A DNA stretch of 64,000 nt from an uncultured Planctomycetia bacterium (GCA_964572255.1 CAZNEE010000004.1:26344-90343); one strand, 5' to 3'. Positions 8,438-19,312 are shown, counted from the stretch's first letter. A program made the numbers and translations. The notes: a model not told the origin generated them from the sequence alone.

Positions 8438-9928
8438 ATGAGAAGTTCAAAGGCGCTGACAATAATATTTTTGATCATCGCATTGGTCCTATGCCCTAGC
8501 GGACAAATGTTCGGGGCCGATGAGGGGAAGTCCCTGAGTCTTGAGAATTGGATGATCCTTTCCCTGGAAGATTGTGTATTATTTTCGATATATAACAGCT
8601 TTGATGTGAAGCTCGCGAAATTGGATCTTTATATAGCGGAAACGGATCTTTTATATTCAGAAGCGGTTTTTGATACGACATTTTTCGGCGAGGTTACTTA
8701 TAATGAGGATAAATCCCAGCAATTATCAGTTTTTTCCCCTGACAATACGCAGATAAATGTTTATTCGGCGGGCCTTACAAAAAAGATCCCCACCGGGACA
8801 GAGCTGACCGCAATGTACAGCGATACAAGAAGCTGGAATAATTCACAGTTTTTCACCAGGAACCCCGCGCATAACGCCCAGCTGACTTTGGAAGCCAAAC
8901 AGCCGGTCGGCAAGAATTTTTTCGGCTATATCGATAGGAACAATATTACTCTTACAAAACTTGCGATCGAGAACGCGGATCTTGATACCCAGGATAAAAT
9001 AGAGAAGCATGTTGCGGAGGTCGAGAAGGCATACTGGAGGCTTGTTTTCAGGAAAAAGATCGTCCAGATACGCAGTGAGATCTTGGAGAAAGCCGAAAAA
9101 CTGCATGAAGCAAATAAAAGAAATCACGATATAGGGCTCATAGAGAAAGCGGAACTTTTAGCGTCACAGGCCAATCTCATACAAAGAAAAACGGATCTTA
9201 TACTGGCTAAGAACAATTACAGAAAAACCGAAGAAAATCTCAAGCTCGTGATGAACCTGGAGGACGACTTCAGGATCTATCCGTCCGCAGAATTTACAGG
9301 GATCGATCTTGCCGGCTCGATGGAGGCCTCGCTCAGGGAAGCCTTTGCGAGCAGGCGGGATTACATGGCAAGACAAAGAGATATCGAGATCAAAAAGGTA
9401 AATCTTAAGATCAAAGAGAACCAGAAGTGGCCTGAGATCGATCTGGTGGCCAGCATGGCCATGAACGGGATAGATCCCAAGTTCGCAAAAGCAGCGGGAA
9501 AAACTACCGTGGCGGATAATACCAATCTGTTCGCGGGGGTTGAGTTTTCCTGGCCTATTGAAAATAGCGCCGCAAGGAGTGAATATAAAAAGGCGTCACA
9601 TGAGAAAGAAAAGGCGTTATTCCTTATGAAGAAGACAGAAAGAAGCATTATAACTGAGGTGGTGAATGCCTATCGTGACGTTTTAACGTTCAATGAGAAC
9701 TTAAAAAACTTTGAAGAAAGGGTGACTTTACAGTCACAAAAGCTTGATGAGGAGGAGAAGCGTTTCAGGCACGGCAGGTCCAGTACAAAAAACTTAATAG
9801 ATTTCCAGCAGGATCTTTTGGCCGCAGAATTGTCTTACGCCCTGGCGATGCTTGATTTGGCCATATCGGATGTGGATCTGGAAAGAGCAAAGAATGCTTT
9901 GCTCAGTAAATACGGAGAAATGATATGA
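8438..9928 (+). CDS. TolC-like outer membrane efflux protein
   Basis: 496 aa with a signal peptide. It has two repeats of the outer-membrane efflux protein (OEP) coiled-coil/beta-barrel architecture. Its start overlaps the marR stop codon. Confidence 0.8.
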   Translation: MRSSKALTIIFLIIALVLCPSGQMFGADEGKSLSLENWMILSLEDCVLFSIYNSFDVKLAKLDLYIAETDLLYSEAVFDTTFFGEVTYNEDKSQQLSVFSPDNTQINVYSAGLTKKIPTGTELTAMYSDTRSWNNSQFFTRNPAHNAQLTLEAKQPVGKNFFGYIDRNNITLTKLAIENADLDTQDKIEKHVAEVEKAYWRLVFRKKIVQIRSEILEKAEKLHEANKRNHDIGLIEKAELLASQANLIQRKTDLILAKNNYRKTEENLKLVMNLEDDFRIYPSAEFTGIDLAGSMEASLREAFASRRDYMARQRDIEIKKVNLKIKENQKWPEIDLVASMAMNGIDPKFAKAAGKTTVADNTNLFAGVEFSWPIENSAARSEYKKASHEKEKALFLMKKTERSIITEVVNAYRDVLTFNENLKNFEERVTLQSQKLDEEEKRFRHGRSSTKNLIDFQQDLLAAELSYALAMLDLAISDVDLERAKNALLSKYGEMI

Positions 9929-12900
9929 GTTTACCGAGATTCAGCGTAAATAATTCCTTATTTGTAAACCTCATATCGATTATTATCATAATAATCGGGA
10001 TCATCATAGTCCTTGCGCTTAACCGTGAGATATTTCCCAATGTTGCCTTTGACATGATGTCAATAACGGCCGCATATCCCGGTTCTACGCCGTCAGATGT
10101 AGAAAAACTCATAACCGTTCCTATCGAAAAAGAGCTGAAAGAGGTTGACGGTATCGATGAGTTCAACTCTTCTTCAACGCAGGGCGCTTCATTTGTCATT
10201 GTCAAGATAGACCCGGATGAGACCAATAAACAAAGAGTGATAAGGGATGTCCAGAGTGCGGTCGATAGGGTAAAAGATCTGCCCGACGATGTGGATAAGC
10301 CCATAGCGGAGGAGATATCCACGAGAGCGTATCCTGTCATTGAAGTTTCACTTTCGGGGGAGATGTCAGAACACCAGCTGAGAGATTATGCCGATGCGCT
10401 TTCCGATCAGCTCGAAGAGCTGGAAGGTGTCGGCAGTATCAAAAAGTCAGGATATCGCGACAGGGAGATACAGGTGCTTGTCGATCCGGATAAGATGAAA
10501 GATTATTATGTTTCTTTTGATGAGGTCGAAAGGGCTTTAGCTTCCAGGAACATAAGTCTGCCTGCCGGCAAAATAGATACTGAGACTACCGAGTACAGCA
10601 TACGGACCACCGGTGAGTTTAAAGAGGCGGGAGAAGTAGCGGATGTAATTATACGCGCGAATGATTCGGGCAATTGGCTGAAAGTGAAAGATATAGCCGA
10701 TGTTAACGACACTTTCAAGGATGAGGATATAATAACAAAAACGCTCGGGACACGTTCTATAAATCTTATTGTCATGAGAAAGGAATCGGCGGATGCTATC
10801 CGTACGGTTGATAAAGTAAAAGAATTATGCGCGAAATTTTTGAAAACATGTAAGGGGGCAGAACCGTGCCTGGTCAGTTTTAATATATCATATGTGAATG
10901 ATTATTCGTATTTTGCCAGGCGTCGCCTTAACGTTTTGCGAAATAACGGATGGTTCGGTCTTATCATAGTGATCAGCATTATGATGGTATTTCTGCATAA
11001 AAGGATTGCGCTCTTAACGGTCCTCGGTATACCCATAGCGTTTTTTGCCACTTTTATCGTGATGGACGCAATGGGCATCACGATAAATCTTGTGAGCATG
11101 TTCGGCCTTGTCATGGTCCTGGGTATGCTTGTCGATGACGGCATTATCGTGGCTGAGAATGTTTACAGATTCATGGAAGACGGGATGCTCCCAAGGGAGG
11201 CTGCGGTCAAGGGGACGGAACAGGTAATGGGCGCTGTTATCTCGGCGGTCCTTACAACGGTGGCCGCTTATTCGCCCCTGCTTTTCATGTCAGGGTTAAT
11301 AGGTAAATTCGTGCGCAACCTTCCTACTGTAGTTATTATCGCGCTTCTTGCTTCACTGGGGGAGGCTCTCATAATATTGCCTTCGCACTTGGCGGATTTT
11401 GTCAAACTAAAGAAAGGGCCGGATGGCAAGCTTATCAGCATTTCCAAGGATTACCCCTGGTTTAAAAGATTAATTTCATTTTACACGCATGTGGTCAAAT
11501 CCGCTATCCGGCACAAGTATAGAGTTATGATAGGGGTTATAGGGGTGTTTCTTCTTTGCGGCGTTCTTGCCGTTACTGTGATCAAATTCGTTCTTTTCCC
11601 GAGCGCGGGAATAAACTTCTTTTTCATAAGAGCTGAAGCTCCGATAGGCACTCCTCTCAACAAGACCAGTGAACTTATCGCCCCGATAGAAACGATCGTT
11701 GCACAGCTACCGTCGGAAGAGTTGGACACCTATGTAACCCTTGTCGGAAAGATAGAAGAAGATCGCAATGATCCGTTTGCCGGCATGGCGAGTAATTACG
11801 CGCAGATCACGGTTTATCTGACTCCGGAACAGGACAGAAAAAGAAGGGTCGAAGATATAATCGAAGAGGTGAGAGGAAAAACAAAGGATATTAAAGGTTT
11901 TACCGATCTAAGGTTTGATATGCCGGAAGCCGGTCCGCCTGTCGGGAAAGCCGTTGAGGCGAAGATAAGAGGGGAAAAATTTGAGGTCCTTGATCAGATC
12001 GCCGATGAATATATGGATTATCTTGCGACAATTGACGGCACCACAGATATTACATGGGACCATAAACCTGGAAAAGAAGAGATACGGGTAAAAGTGGATA
12101 ACAATAAAGCCACTATGGCGGGGCTTACCATAGGGCAGATAGCAAAAACGGTAAGAGCGGTATTTGAAGGCGGCATAGCTACAAAGATCAAGCCGATCAA
12201 GGCAGAGGAGGAGACTGATGTTACCGTACGATTTCCAAAAGATCGGACACATGACGTTTCAGCTTTTGAGGAGATATTGGTCGCGAATAGCCGGGGTAAT
12301 TTGATCCCCTTAAAAAAGGTGTCAAAGATAGAGAAGGTCCCGGGAACTACGACCATACATCATCTTGACGGGAAACGCGTGGTCACGGCTTCATCTAATG
12401 TTGACAAGGATAAGACTACTTCTCTAAAAGTAAATCAGATGCTCATGAAGAAATTCAGGGATATATCTGACAAGTACATCGGGTACTCAGTTAAGTACGG
12501 AGGAGAGCAGGAGGAGACGGTCGAATCGTTAAAAAGTCTTCTTAAAGCGTTCTTTTTCGCATTTTTGGTAGTATATCTCATTCTTGCTTCATTCTTTAAA
12601 TCTATAGTCCAGCCGTTCATCGTCATGCTTGCAATACCGTTCGGTCTCATAGGCGTTGTTTTCGCTTTTCTCTTGCATGGCATGCCTTTATCTTTTATGG
12701 CGATCTTCGGCGTGGTGGGGCTGAATGGAATAGTCGTAAATGATTCCATAGTTTTAGTGGATTTTATAAATAAGCTGCGCAAAGAAGGGATGAGCAGGGA
12801 AGAATCTATCATCAAAGCCGGACAGATGAGGATAAGGCCGGTTATTCTTACCACCGTCACTACAGTCGGCGGTCTTTCCACGGTTGCATACGGGATAGGA

Positions 12901-13086
12901 GGGAAGGATCCGTTTCTTGTTCCGATGGCTGTCGCTATATCCTGGGGTCTTATATTCGCTACGGTTCTTACACTGGTCATTGTGCCGTGCGTTTATTCCA
13001 TAGTTGACGATGTCGCCATAAAGGTCGCCCACCATACAAGCATGATCGAGGTCAAGAAACTCGAAAATAATAATTCCGAGAAATAA
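9925..13086 (+). CDS. RND-family efflux permease (AcrB/CzcA-like)
   Basis: 1053 aa with 12 transmembrane segments, two large periplasmic loops and typical AcrB N-terminal TM1 and porter-domain motifs. It has an ATGA overlap with the TolC-like gene. Confidence 0.9.
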   Translation: MSLPRFSVNNSLFVNLISIIIIIIGIIIVLALNREIFPNVAFDMMSITAAYPGSTPSDVEKLITVPIEKELKEVDGIDEFNSSSTQGASFVIVKIDPDETNKQRVIRDVQSAVDRVKDLPDDVDKPIAEEISTRAYPVIEVSLSGEMSEHQLRDYADALSDQLEELEGVGSIKKSGYRDREIQVLVDPDKMKDYYVSFDEVERALASRNISLPAGKIDTETTEYSIRTTGEFKEAGEVADVIIRANDSGNWLKVKDIADVNDTFKDEDIITKTLGTRSINLIVMRKESADAIRTVDKVKELCAKFLKTCKGAEPCLVSFNISYVNDYSYFARRRLNVLRNNGWFGLIIVISIMMVFLHKRIALLTVLGIPIAFFATFIVMDAMGITINLVSMFGLVMVLGMLVDDGIIVAENVYRFMEDGMLPREAAVKGTEQVMGAVISAVLTTVAAYSPLLFMSGLIGKFVRNLPTVVIIALLASLGEALIILPSHLADFVKLKKGPDGKLISISKDYPWFKRLISFYTHVVKSAIRHKYRVMIGVIGVFLLCGVLAVTVIKFVLFPSAGINFFFIRAEAPIGTPLNKTSELIAPIETIVAQLPSEELDTYVTLVGKIEEDRNDPFAGMASNYAQITVYLTPEQDRKRRVEDIIEEVRGKTKDIKGFTDLRFDMPEAGPPVGKAVEAKIRGEKFEVLDQIADEYMDYLATIDGTTDITWDHKPGKEEIRVKVDNNKATMAGLTIGQIAKTVRAVFEGGIATKIKPIKAEEETDVTVRFPKDRTHDVSAFEEILVANSRGNLIPLKKVSKIEKVPGTTTIHHLDGKRVVTASSNVDKDKTTSLKVNQMLMKKFRDISDKYIGYSVKYGGEQEETVESLKSLLKAFFFAFLVVYLILASFFKSIVQPFIVMLAIPFGLIGVVFAFLLHGMPLSFMAIFGVVGLNGIVVNDSIVLVDFINKLRKEGMSREESIIKAGQMRIRPVILTTVTTVGGLSTVAYGIGGKDPFLVPMAVAISWGLIFATVLTLVIVPCVYSIVDDVAIKVAHHTSMIEVKKLENNNSEK

Positions 13087-13199
13087 TCGAGCTTGACAAG
13101 TCCCCGTATATTTATTATGCTCTATACTATTATTATATTTATAACGGGGAGGCAGCCATCAAGAAACTAATCCGGATCGCATCTTTTTCTTTCATATTT

Positions 13200-15770
13200 T
13201 TGCTTGTCTTTCAGATACTAAACGCCCGGGAAATATCGGTAGATTTCAATAAAAAGGTCCTGGATAACGGGGCCACTATCATCCATAAATATGTCCCGAG
13301 TTCGGATCTGGTAGCGATACAGATACGTGTTCGCGCGGGGCTTTCAAATGAGGGTGATTATGCCGGATCCGGCATCTCCCATTTTTTGGAGCACCTTCTT
13401 TTTAAAGGGGCGCACGGTTTTACCTCTGCGGAATTGCGCAAAAAGATAAAAGCCATGGGGGGCGTGATCAACGGCGCTACCGGACTCGATTCCGCCGAAT
13501 ACCACATAATCGTTCCCAATGAATATTTTGAAGAGGCGCTCAATTTGCTTACGGGTCTTGTAATGGAGCCGGACTTCGATGACGAGGAGATAGAAAGAGA
13601 AAGAGCGGTTATAATTAACGAGATACGTTTCCGTAACGATGACCCCATGACCAAGCGCATGCAGCTGTTGTTTTCCCAGGCCTACCGCGAACATGTTTAT
13701 AAATATCCGGTGATCGGATTTGAAGAGAACTTAAGATCTCTTGGCCGCGAAGATCTGGTAGGTTACCATCAAAGGATATATAGGCCGGACAGGATAGTTA
13801 TGGGTATAGTGGGCGGCATATCCACGGATAGAGCGTTGGGGTGGGCTTCCGAAAAACTTGAGAGTTACCAAAGGGGACCCGCATGGACGGTTCCCATATC
13901 TCCGGAACCTGCTCAGATAGATGAGAGAGAGGCAAGTTTTGAGGCTGAGGTAACATTGGGATATCTTGCGATCGCGTTCCATACGACCAGCTTGTATTCC
14001 CCTGAGCTTTATTCGACGGATGTATTAAGCATACTTTTGGGCGAAGGGCGGGGCTCCAGATTATATGAAAGACTTGTTAACGATAAGAAACTTCTTTTGT
14101 CCGTTTCCGCAGCCAATTATACGCCGAAGTATCCGGGGATCTTTATAATAACCGGTGTCGGCCGGCCTGAAAAAATCGATGAGGCCAGGGAAGAGATATT
14201 CAGGGTCATTGATGAATTGAAGAGGAGCGGATTTAATTCGGAAGAGGTCGAAAGGGCGAAGAGTTTAGTTGTTTCAGGATTTCTTCATTCGCATGAACAG
14301 ATTTCAAGCGTTTTGTCTTCGATGACCACTTCGGAACTAATGACAGGCGATCCGTCTTTTTTCAAGACCTATGTAGATAATATCAATAAAGTCGATGCAG
14401 GCGAGGTTCAGGATATTCTCCAAAAATATCTTGTAAGGGAGAAGTCCACTACGGTTAAGCTTATGCCTTCATTATATCTGCAGGAAAAAGGCGCGGGGGG
14501 AGAAACTGACGCGGAATCGGAAAAGCAGGCGGAAGTAGAGGAAGAAAAAAGATATTTTATTCTTGCCAACGGGATGAGGGTAATAATTAAAAGAAGAAGT
14601 GAAAATCCAATCGTATCGTCAACGATCGTTTTCCCCGCGGGGATCAGGTCTGAAACCCCTGAAAATAACGGCATATCATACTTCACATCTTCGCTTTTAA
14701 TAAAAGGGACCAAACGGCGCAAAGAAGATGAGATAGTTCCCGTATTTGAACAGATGGGCGGCAGTATCAGTACCTTCAGCGGCATGAATTCCGCCGGAAT
14801 TACCATGGACGTCTTGTCCAAGGATTTTGATAAGGCCATTGACATATTTGCCGATTGCGTGATAAATCCCGTTTTTCCTAAAGAAGAAATAGAGAAGAAA
14901 AAAGAAAAGATCTTTGCTTTTATCAAGGAGCAGGGAACCGATATTTTCGAAAAGGGGATGCTCGAGCTTAGAAGAGCTCTTTATGGGGATCATCCTTACA
15001 GCATGCGGGTAGAAGGCGAGATCGAAACTGTCGATAAGATCACCCGTAATGATATGGTGAAATTCCGCTGGGAGCATCTGGCGCCTAATAATGCCGTAAT
15101 GACGGTTGTCGGGGATGTGGATATCAAAAAGACCGTCAAGGTGATTCAGGATAAATTTGAGAACTGGAAGGCAAAAAGCGAAGGGCTCCAGCCCATTGAA
15201 GTGATACCGCCGGAGAAAAGAAGAAGATTCGACGTTAACATGAAAAAGGAAGAGGCTTTTTTTGCGGCCGGTTTTATAGGGCTGGAATTGAAAGACGAAA
15301 GAGTGTATGCGTTGACAGTTATAGGATCGATTCTTTCGGGTTCAGACGGCCTGTTATTCTACGGGCTTAGGGAAAATGAAGGGCTCGTATATACCTCCGG
15401 CGCATACTCCGTTCTTGGAGTTGATCCGGGGCATTTTGCTCTTTTTGCCGCGACGAGCGAGGAGAACCTAAGCAAAGTCGGTGCAGAGGCGGTCAGAGTT
15501 ATTGAAGAGGTCGTATCCGGTGCCATAAGAGAAGAAGATATCGAATCTGCGAAAAAGAAGATCATAACCAATCATATCCTTTCTCTTGAGACGAACTCAT
15601 CGCTTTCGATGATAATGGCGCTGGATGAACTTTACGGCCTGGGTGCATTTTATAATAAAGAGTATCCTTCCAAGATAAAAGCTGTTACGAAAGAAGATGT
15701 GGTGCGGGTGGCGGGCGAGATATTTGATATCGAAAAAATCACCGAAGTGTTCGTGCATTCGAGGGAATAA
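13200..15770 (+). CDS. M16-family zinc metallopeptidase (pitrilysin-like); double-length with two M16 units
   Basis: The HxxEH zinc motif ISHFLEH is present, along with inactive-half repeats. The true start is probably upstream of the TTG at 13200: the frame is open back to about 13158 and encodes a signal-peptide-like KKLIRIASFSFIFLLVFQ. The start codon is uncertain. Confidence 0.85.
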   Translation: MLVFQILNAREISVDFNKKVLDNGATIIHKYVPSSDLVAIQIRVRAGLSNEGDYAGSGISHFLEHLLFKGAHGFTSAELRKKIKAMGGVINGATGLDSAEYHIIVPNEYFEEALNLLTGLVMEPDFDDEEIERERAVIINEIRFRNDDPMTKRMQLLFSQAYREHVYKYPVIGFEENLRSLGREDLVGYHQRIYRPDRIVMGIVGGISTDRALGWASEKLESYQRGPAWTVPISPEPAQIDEREASFEAEVTLGYLAIAFHTTSLYSPELYSTDVLSILLGEGRGSRLYERLVNDKKLLLSVSAANYTPKYPGIFIITGVGRPEKIDEAREEIFRVIDELKRSGFNSEEVERAKSLVVSGFLHSHEQISSVLSSMTTSELMTGDPSFFKTYVDNINKVDAGEVQDILQKYLVREKSTTVKLMPSLYLQEKGAGGETDAESEKQAEVEEEKRYFILANGMRVIIKRRSENPIVSSTIVFPAGIRSETPENNGISYFTSSLLIKGTKRRKEDEIVPVFEQMGGSISTFSGMNSAGITMDVLSKDFDKAIDIFADCVINPVFPKEEIEKKKEKIFAFIKEQGTDIFEKGMLELRRALYGDHPYSMRVEGEIETVDKITRNDMVKFRWEHLAPNNAVMTVVGDVDIKKTVKVIQDKFENWKAKSEGLQPIEVIPPEKRRRFDVNMKKEEAFFAAGFIGLELKDERVYALTVIGSILSGSDGLLFYGLRENEGLVYTSGAYSVLGVDPGHFALFAATSEENLSKVGAEAVRVIEEVVSGAIREEDIESAKKKIITNHILSLETNSSLSMIMALDELYGLGAFYNKEYPSKIKAVTKEDVVRVAGEIFDIEKITEVFVHSRE

Positions 15771-15817
15771 AAGACGGTAAGCTCCCGAGAGGACAATTTA
15801 ACGGTTGGAGGCGGTTT

Positions 15818-16618
15818 ATGACGAGAGAAGCGGCTGTAGCGGGTCAGTTCTATCCAGGGAACAAACACTCGCTTGAAAAGGAATTAGAGGCAATGATCCC
15901 GGCCGGTTCTGAGAAAATAGATGCTATCGGCGCGGTTGTGCCGCATGCAGGATACATGTATTCGGGTGCTGTTGCAGGAGAAGTGTATGCGAAAATTAAG
16001 CCTAAAAAAACATATGTGATCTTCAGTCCGAATCATAGCGGTTACGGCGCGCCTTTTGCGTTGAGCGCGGAAAGCTGGAAAACCCCCCTTGGGGAAGTTT
16101 CTGTTGATAAAGAATTGATCGATGCGGTTAAAGACAGGTCCGCTCTCGTAAAAGAAGATGCGACAGCTCATGCGTTTGAACATTCGATCGAGGTCCAGCT
16201 GCCTTTTATCCAGAGGATCGCGCCCGGATCGAGCATTGTGCCGATAACCGTCCAGCACGGCAGCATGAAACAGCTCGGGGAAGTTGCCGGTGCGGTCTCT
16301 TCAGCCATAAAAGAAACCGGTAAAGACGCAGCTATTCTTGCATCAAGCGATATGACCCATTATGAATCCCGCAAGACTGCTGAGGAAAAAGATCATATGG
16401 CTATAGACAGGATCCTGGAGCTTGATCCCGAAGGCCTTATACAGGTTGTTGAGACAAATAATATAAGCATGTGCGGCTATATTCCCGCGGTCCTTATGCT
16501 GATGGCTTGCAAGGATCTCGGCGCCAAGAAAGCGGAACTGGTCAAATATTCTGATTCCGGTTATGTAACAGGCGACGATTATCAGGTTGTGGGATATGCG
16601 GGAATAGTGGTTTATTAG
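15818..16618 (+). CDS. Memo-like protein (AmmeMemoRadiSam system protein B)
   Basis: AVAGQFYPG...AVVPHAGYMYSG is the Memo1 and extradiol-dioxygenase class III-like signature. Confidence 0.8.
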   Translation: MTREAAVAGQFYPGNKHSLEKELEAMIPAGSEKIDAIGAVVPHAGYMYSGAVAGEVYAKIKPKKTYVIFSPNHSGYGAPFALSAESWKTPLGEVSVDKELIDAVKDRSALVKEDATAHAFEHSIEVQLPFIQRIAPGSSIVPITVQHGSMKQLGEVAGAVSSAIKETGKDAAILASSDMTHYESRKTAEEKDHMAIDRILELDPEGLIQVVETNNISMCGYIPAVLMLMACKDLGAKKAELVKYSDSGYVTGDDYQVVGYAGIVVY

Positions 16619-16642
16619 AAAATGAAATAAAAGGACAAAAAA

Positions 16643-17467
16643 ATGGGATTATTCAGAAAACGGAACAGGGTGTTAGCGCTCGGCGGCGGCAGCGCAAGGG
16701 GGTTATGCAATATCGGCGTCCTTAAAGTGCTCGAGAGGCATTACGGACGCGGCAACCTGCCGTTTGACATGATCATAGGCACCAGCATAGGAAGCCTGAT
16801 AGGAGCCGCATATTGCACCGGATGTCCTGTGGAAGAGATGGAAGAGAAGGCGTTGAAATTTAACTGGCCCCATCTTGTCGATTTCGGTATCCACTCAACA
16901 GGCCTCATAAAAGGTAAAAAGCTGGAAAATATCATTTTAGATATAGTGGGCGATAAAACATTTAAGGATCTGAAGATCCCTTTTGCTTTGACAACCACAG
17001 ATCTGCAGACGGGTGAGGAACGCGTTCACACATCTGGCGATCTGATCACACTTATACGAGCAAGTTGTTCATGGCCCGGGATATTTACGGCGGTCGAAGT
17101 TGAAGGACATCTGCTTGCGGACGGAGGCGTGCGTAACAGTATCCCCACCAAAGCGGCGTGTCAGTTAGGATCAAATTTCATGGTCGCGGTTAATCCCGGT
17201 TTTGGAATAGCAAGCCATAAAATAGATAATCCCTTAAAAGCGATAGTTCAGTCCGTTCAAATAATGGGCGAAGAGCTTAACGCCTATCAGGCACGTGCGG
17301 CAAATGTGGAGATCAGGCCGGTTTTGCAGGGAATAGATCAGTTCGATTTCGATAAGGGGAGTTTTATTATAAAAGAAGGAGAAGATGCCGCAGAGAGGCA
17401 AATGCCTCAGATTAAAAGAAAATTATTTATAAGCTCAATAAAGGAGAAGATCTGTGTCAGAAGATAA
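16643..17467 (+). CDS. Patatin-like phospholipase
   Basis: The GGGSARG oxyanion motif, the GTSIG nucleophile elbow and the ADGGV catalytic Asp motif are all present. Confidence 0.85.
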   Translation: MGLFRKRNRVLALGGGSARGLCNIGVLKVLERHYGRGNLPFDMIIGTSIGSLIGAAYCTGCPVEEMEEKALKFNWPHLVDFGIHSTGLIKGKKLENIILDIVGDKTFKDLKIPFALTTTDLQTGEERVHTSGDLITLIRASCSWPGIFTAVEVEGHLLADGGVRNSIPTKAACQLGSNFMVAVNPGFGIASHKIDNPLKAIVQSVQIMGEELNAYQARAANVEIRPVLQGIDQFDFDKGSFIIKEGEDAAERQMPQIKRKLFISSIKEKICVRR

Positions 17468-17726
17468 AAATTTAAAAATAAATTTCAGTCTTTTTATTTC
17501 AAGTCTTTTAATGGAAGGGTTAATGGCATTGGGCGCTACGGAGAATCCCATAACTAAAAAGACGGAGACAAATCTTGAACACGCGTCGCAGGTGATAGAT
17601 GCCCTTGACATGCTCAAAGAAAAAACAAAAGGGAATCTTACGGCGGAAGAGGGAACAGGCCTGGATCAGGCGCTTCATCAGATGCGCATGCTGTACATAT
17701 CCAAGAAGGAAGAAAAGAAGGCATGA
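17454..17726 (+). CDS. DUF1844-like small protein
   Basis: 90 aa. It overlaps the patatin 3' end and has a conserved small-protein architecture; the family assignment is from memory. Confidence 0.45.
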   Translation: MSEDKNLKINFSLFISSLLMEGLMALGATENPITKKTETNLEHASQVIDALDMLKEKTKGNLTAEEGTGLDQALHQMRMLYISKKEEKKA

Positions 17727-18682
17727 AAAAGATCCTGTCCGCGGGCTTGCGCATAACGATAAGTTTCGGTCTTTTGGGGCTTTTGTTCTGGCTCATGAGA
17801 GACCGGTTCGGAAAAATAGGTTCTGCGCTGATAGACAGCGATATAAGATTTATTATAGCGGCGCTTATTTCTTTCATGGTATGCGTTATGTTCCTCGCGA
17901 TGAGATTAAAGGTAATATTTTACGGCGAGAACATCTTCATGAAATATCTTGATTCCGTACAGCTTACATACATCGGGTATTTTTTTAATAATTTTATGCC
18001 TACAGCTGTCGGAGGCGACATACCGAAAGCTTTGTATGCGGCTCAGGCGCATGGCGCGAAGATGAAGTCTTATATAAGCGTGATGATGGACAGGATAATC
18101 GGTTTATACTCATTTTTGATACTTGCCGCGATTGCGCTGGTCGTTGGGCGCGGCAGATTTAATATCCCCGGGATAACGCAGCTTGTTTTTGTTTTTCTTA
18201 CGTGCGGGGTAATAGGTTTTATTGTTATCACAAATACAAAAATAGCCCGCTTAGTGGAGAAGATCCTGTCGAAATTCAAAGTGATGAATCTAGGAAAGAA
18301 ACTGCATGAAGTTTATACAGTTGTCCACGATTATAGGAACAGAAAAGATATAGTCGTGAAATCCATCTTAATTTCGGTAGTTGCACAGAGTTTTTATTTT
18401 CTTATGGTTTATATGTTCCTCCGGTCATTAGGCGGCGATGTAGGCATTATTAATGTATTCCTGATAATGCCTGTTGTATCGTTCATAAGCATGATCCCGT
18501 CAATAGGAGGCCTGGGTGTCAGGGAAGGGGCGATCGTGACGTTTTTTGCCGCATTGGTCGGCAAGGAAATAGCTTTTGCGGGGAGCTTGCTTGTAATGTT
18601 GGGGTTCTTCTATATAAGTTTTATTGGGGGTATAGTTTTCTTTTTTTGGAGCATTCGCATGGGAAGAAAGGAGAGGGTATGA
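17723..18682 (+). CDS. UPF0104-family (lysylphosphatidylglycerol-synthase TM-region-like, flippase-like) membrane protein
   Basis: 319 aa, polytopic, with an ATGA overlap upstream. It has the typical 8-TM layout, a conserved NNFMPTAVGGDIPK motif and a GGLGVREG motif. Confidence 0.6.
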   Translation: MKKILSAGLRITISFGLLGLLFWLMRDRFGKIGSALIDSDIRFIIAALISFMVCVMFLAMRLKVIFYGENIFMKYLDSVQLTYIGYFFNNFMPTAVGGDIPKALYAAQAHGAKMKSYISVMMDRIIGLYSFLILAAIALVVGRGRFNIPGITQLVFVFLTCGVIGFIVITNTKIARLVEKILSKFKVMNLGKKLHEVYTVVHDYRNRKDIVVKSILISVVAQSFYFLMVYMFLRSLGGDVGIINVFLIMPVVSFISMIPSIGGLGVREGAIVTFFAALVGKEIAFAGSLLVMLGFFYISFIGGIVFFFWSIRMGRKERV

Positions 18683-18846
18683 CGATCGACAAAGAACTTC
18701 TGGATATTTTGGCGTGTCCTATATGTAAGGCGGACGTGAAACTGGAAGGCGAAAAAATAGTCTGCACAGGTTGCGGGAGAAAGTACCCTATAAAAGACGG
18801 TATACCGGTAATGCTTGAGGAAGAAGCGGAACAGCCGGAAGAATAA
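18679..18846 (+). CDS. Trm112-family small zinc-finger protein
   Basis: [44 protein letters not shown] is the Trm112/DUF343 signature. AAGGAGAGGG lies upstream of the ATG at 18679. Confidence 0.7.
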   Translation: MTIDKELLDILACPICKADVKLEGEKIVCTGCGRKYPIKDGIPVMLEEEAEQPEE

Positions 18847-18877
18847 AGCTTTAGATCCTAAAAATGAGGAGGATAAG

Positions 18878-19312
18878 ATGAAAAAGGTGCTTGTTATAAA
18901 TGGCCCCAATCTTGATTTGCTCGGAAAAAGAGAAAAAGACATATATGGCGAAGAGACCCTGGAAGACATAAATAAGTCTTTGGAAGCTATCGCAAAAGAA
19001 GAGGGCGTAAAACTTGAATTTTTCCAATCGAATCATGAGGGGGATATTGTAGACAAGATAGGCAGTACCGATGCCGCAGGTATTTTGATAAATCCCGCGG
19101 CGTATACTCACACGAGTGTGGCCATCTGTGATGCAATAAGCGCGAAGACCATACCTTCTGTTGAAGTGCATCTTTCCAATATATACGCAAGAGAAGAGTT
19201 TCGCCATAAATCGCTGATAGCCCCGGTCGTGACGGGCCAGATCAGCGGATTCGGGAAAACGAGCTATTTACTCGGGCTCAGGGCTTTGGCGGAGGCAATT
19301 AATGCAAAATAG
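18878..19312 (+). CDS. aroQ: Type II 3-dehydroquinate dehydratase
   Basis: [19 protein letters not shown]...[13 protein letters not shown] matches the type II dehydroquinase. GAGGAGG lies before the ATG at 18878. Confidence 0.9.
   Translation: MKKVLVINGPNLDLLGKREKDIYGEETLEDINKSLEAIAKEEGVKLEFFQSNHEGDIVDKIGSTDAAGILINPAAYTHTSVAICDAISAKTIPSVEVHLSNIYAREEFRHKSLIAPVVTGQISGFGKTSYLLGLRALAEAINAK

Noticed and set aside
18815-18877. N-terminal extension of the aroQ ORF ([21 protein letters not shown])
   Set aside because: It overlaps the Trm112 gene in another frame. A strong GAGGAGG RBS precedes the internal ATG at 18878, where the conserved dehydroquinase N-terminus begins.
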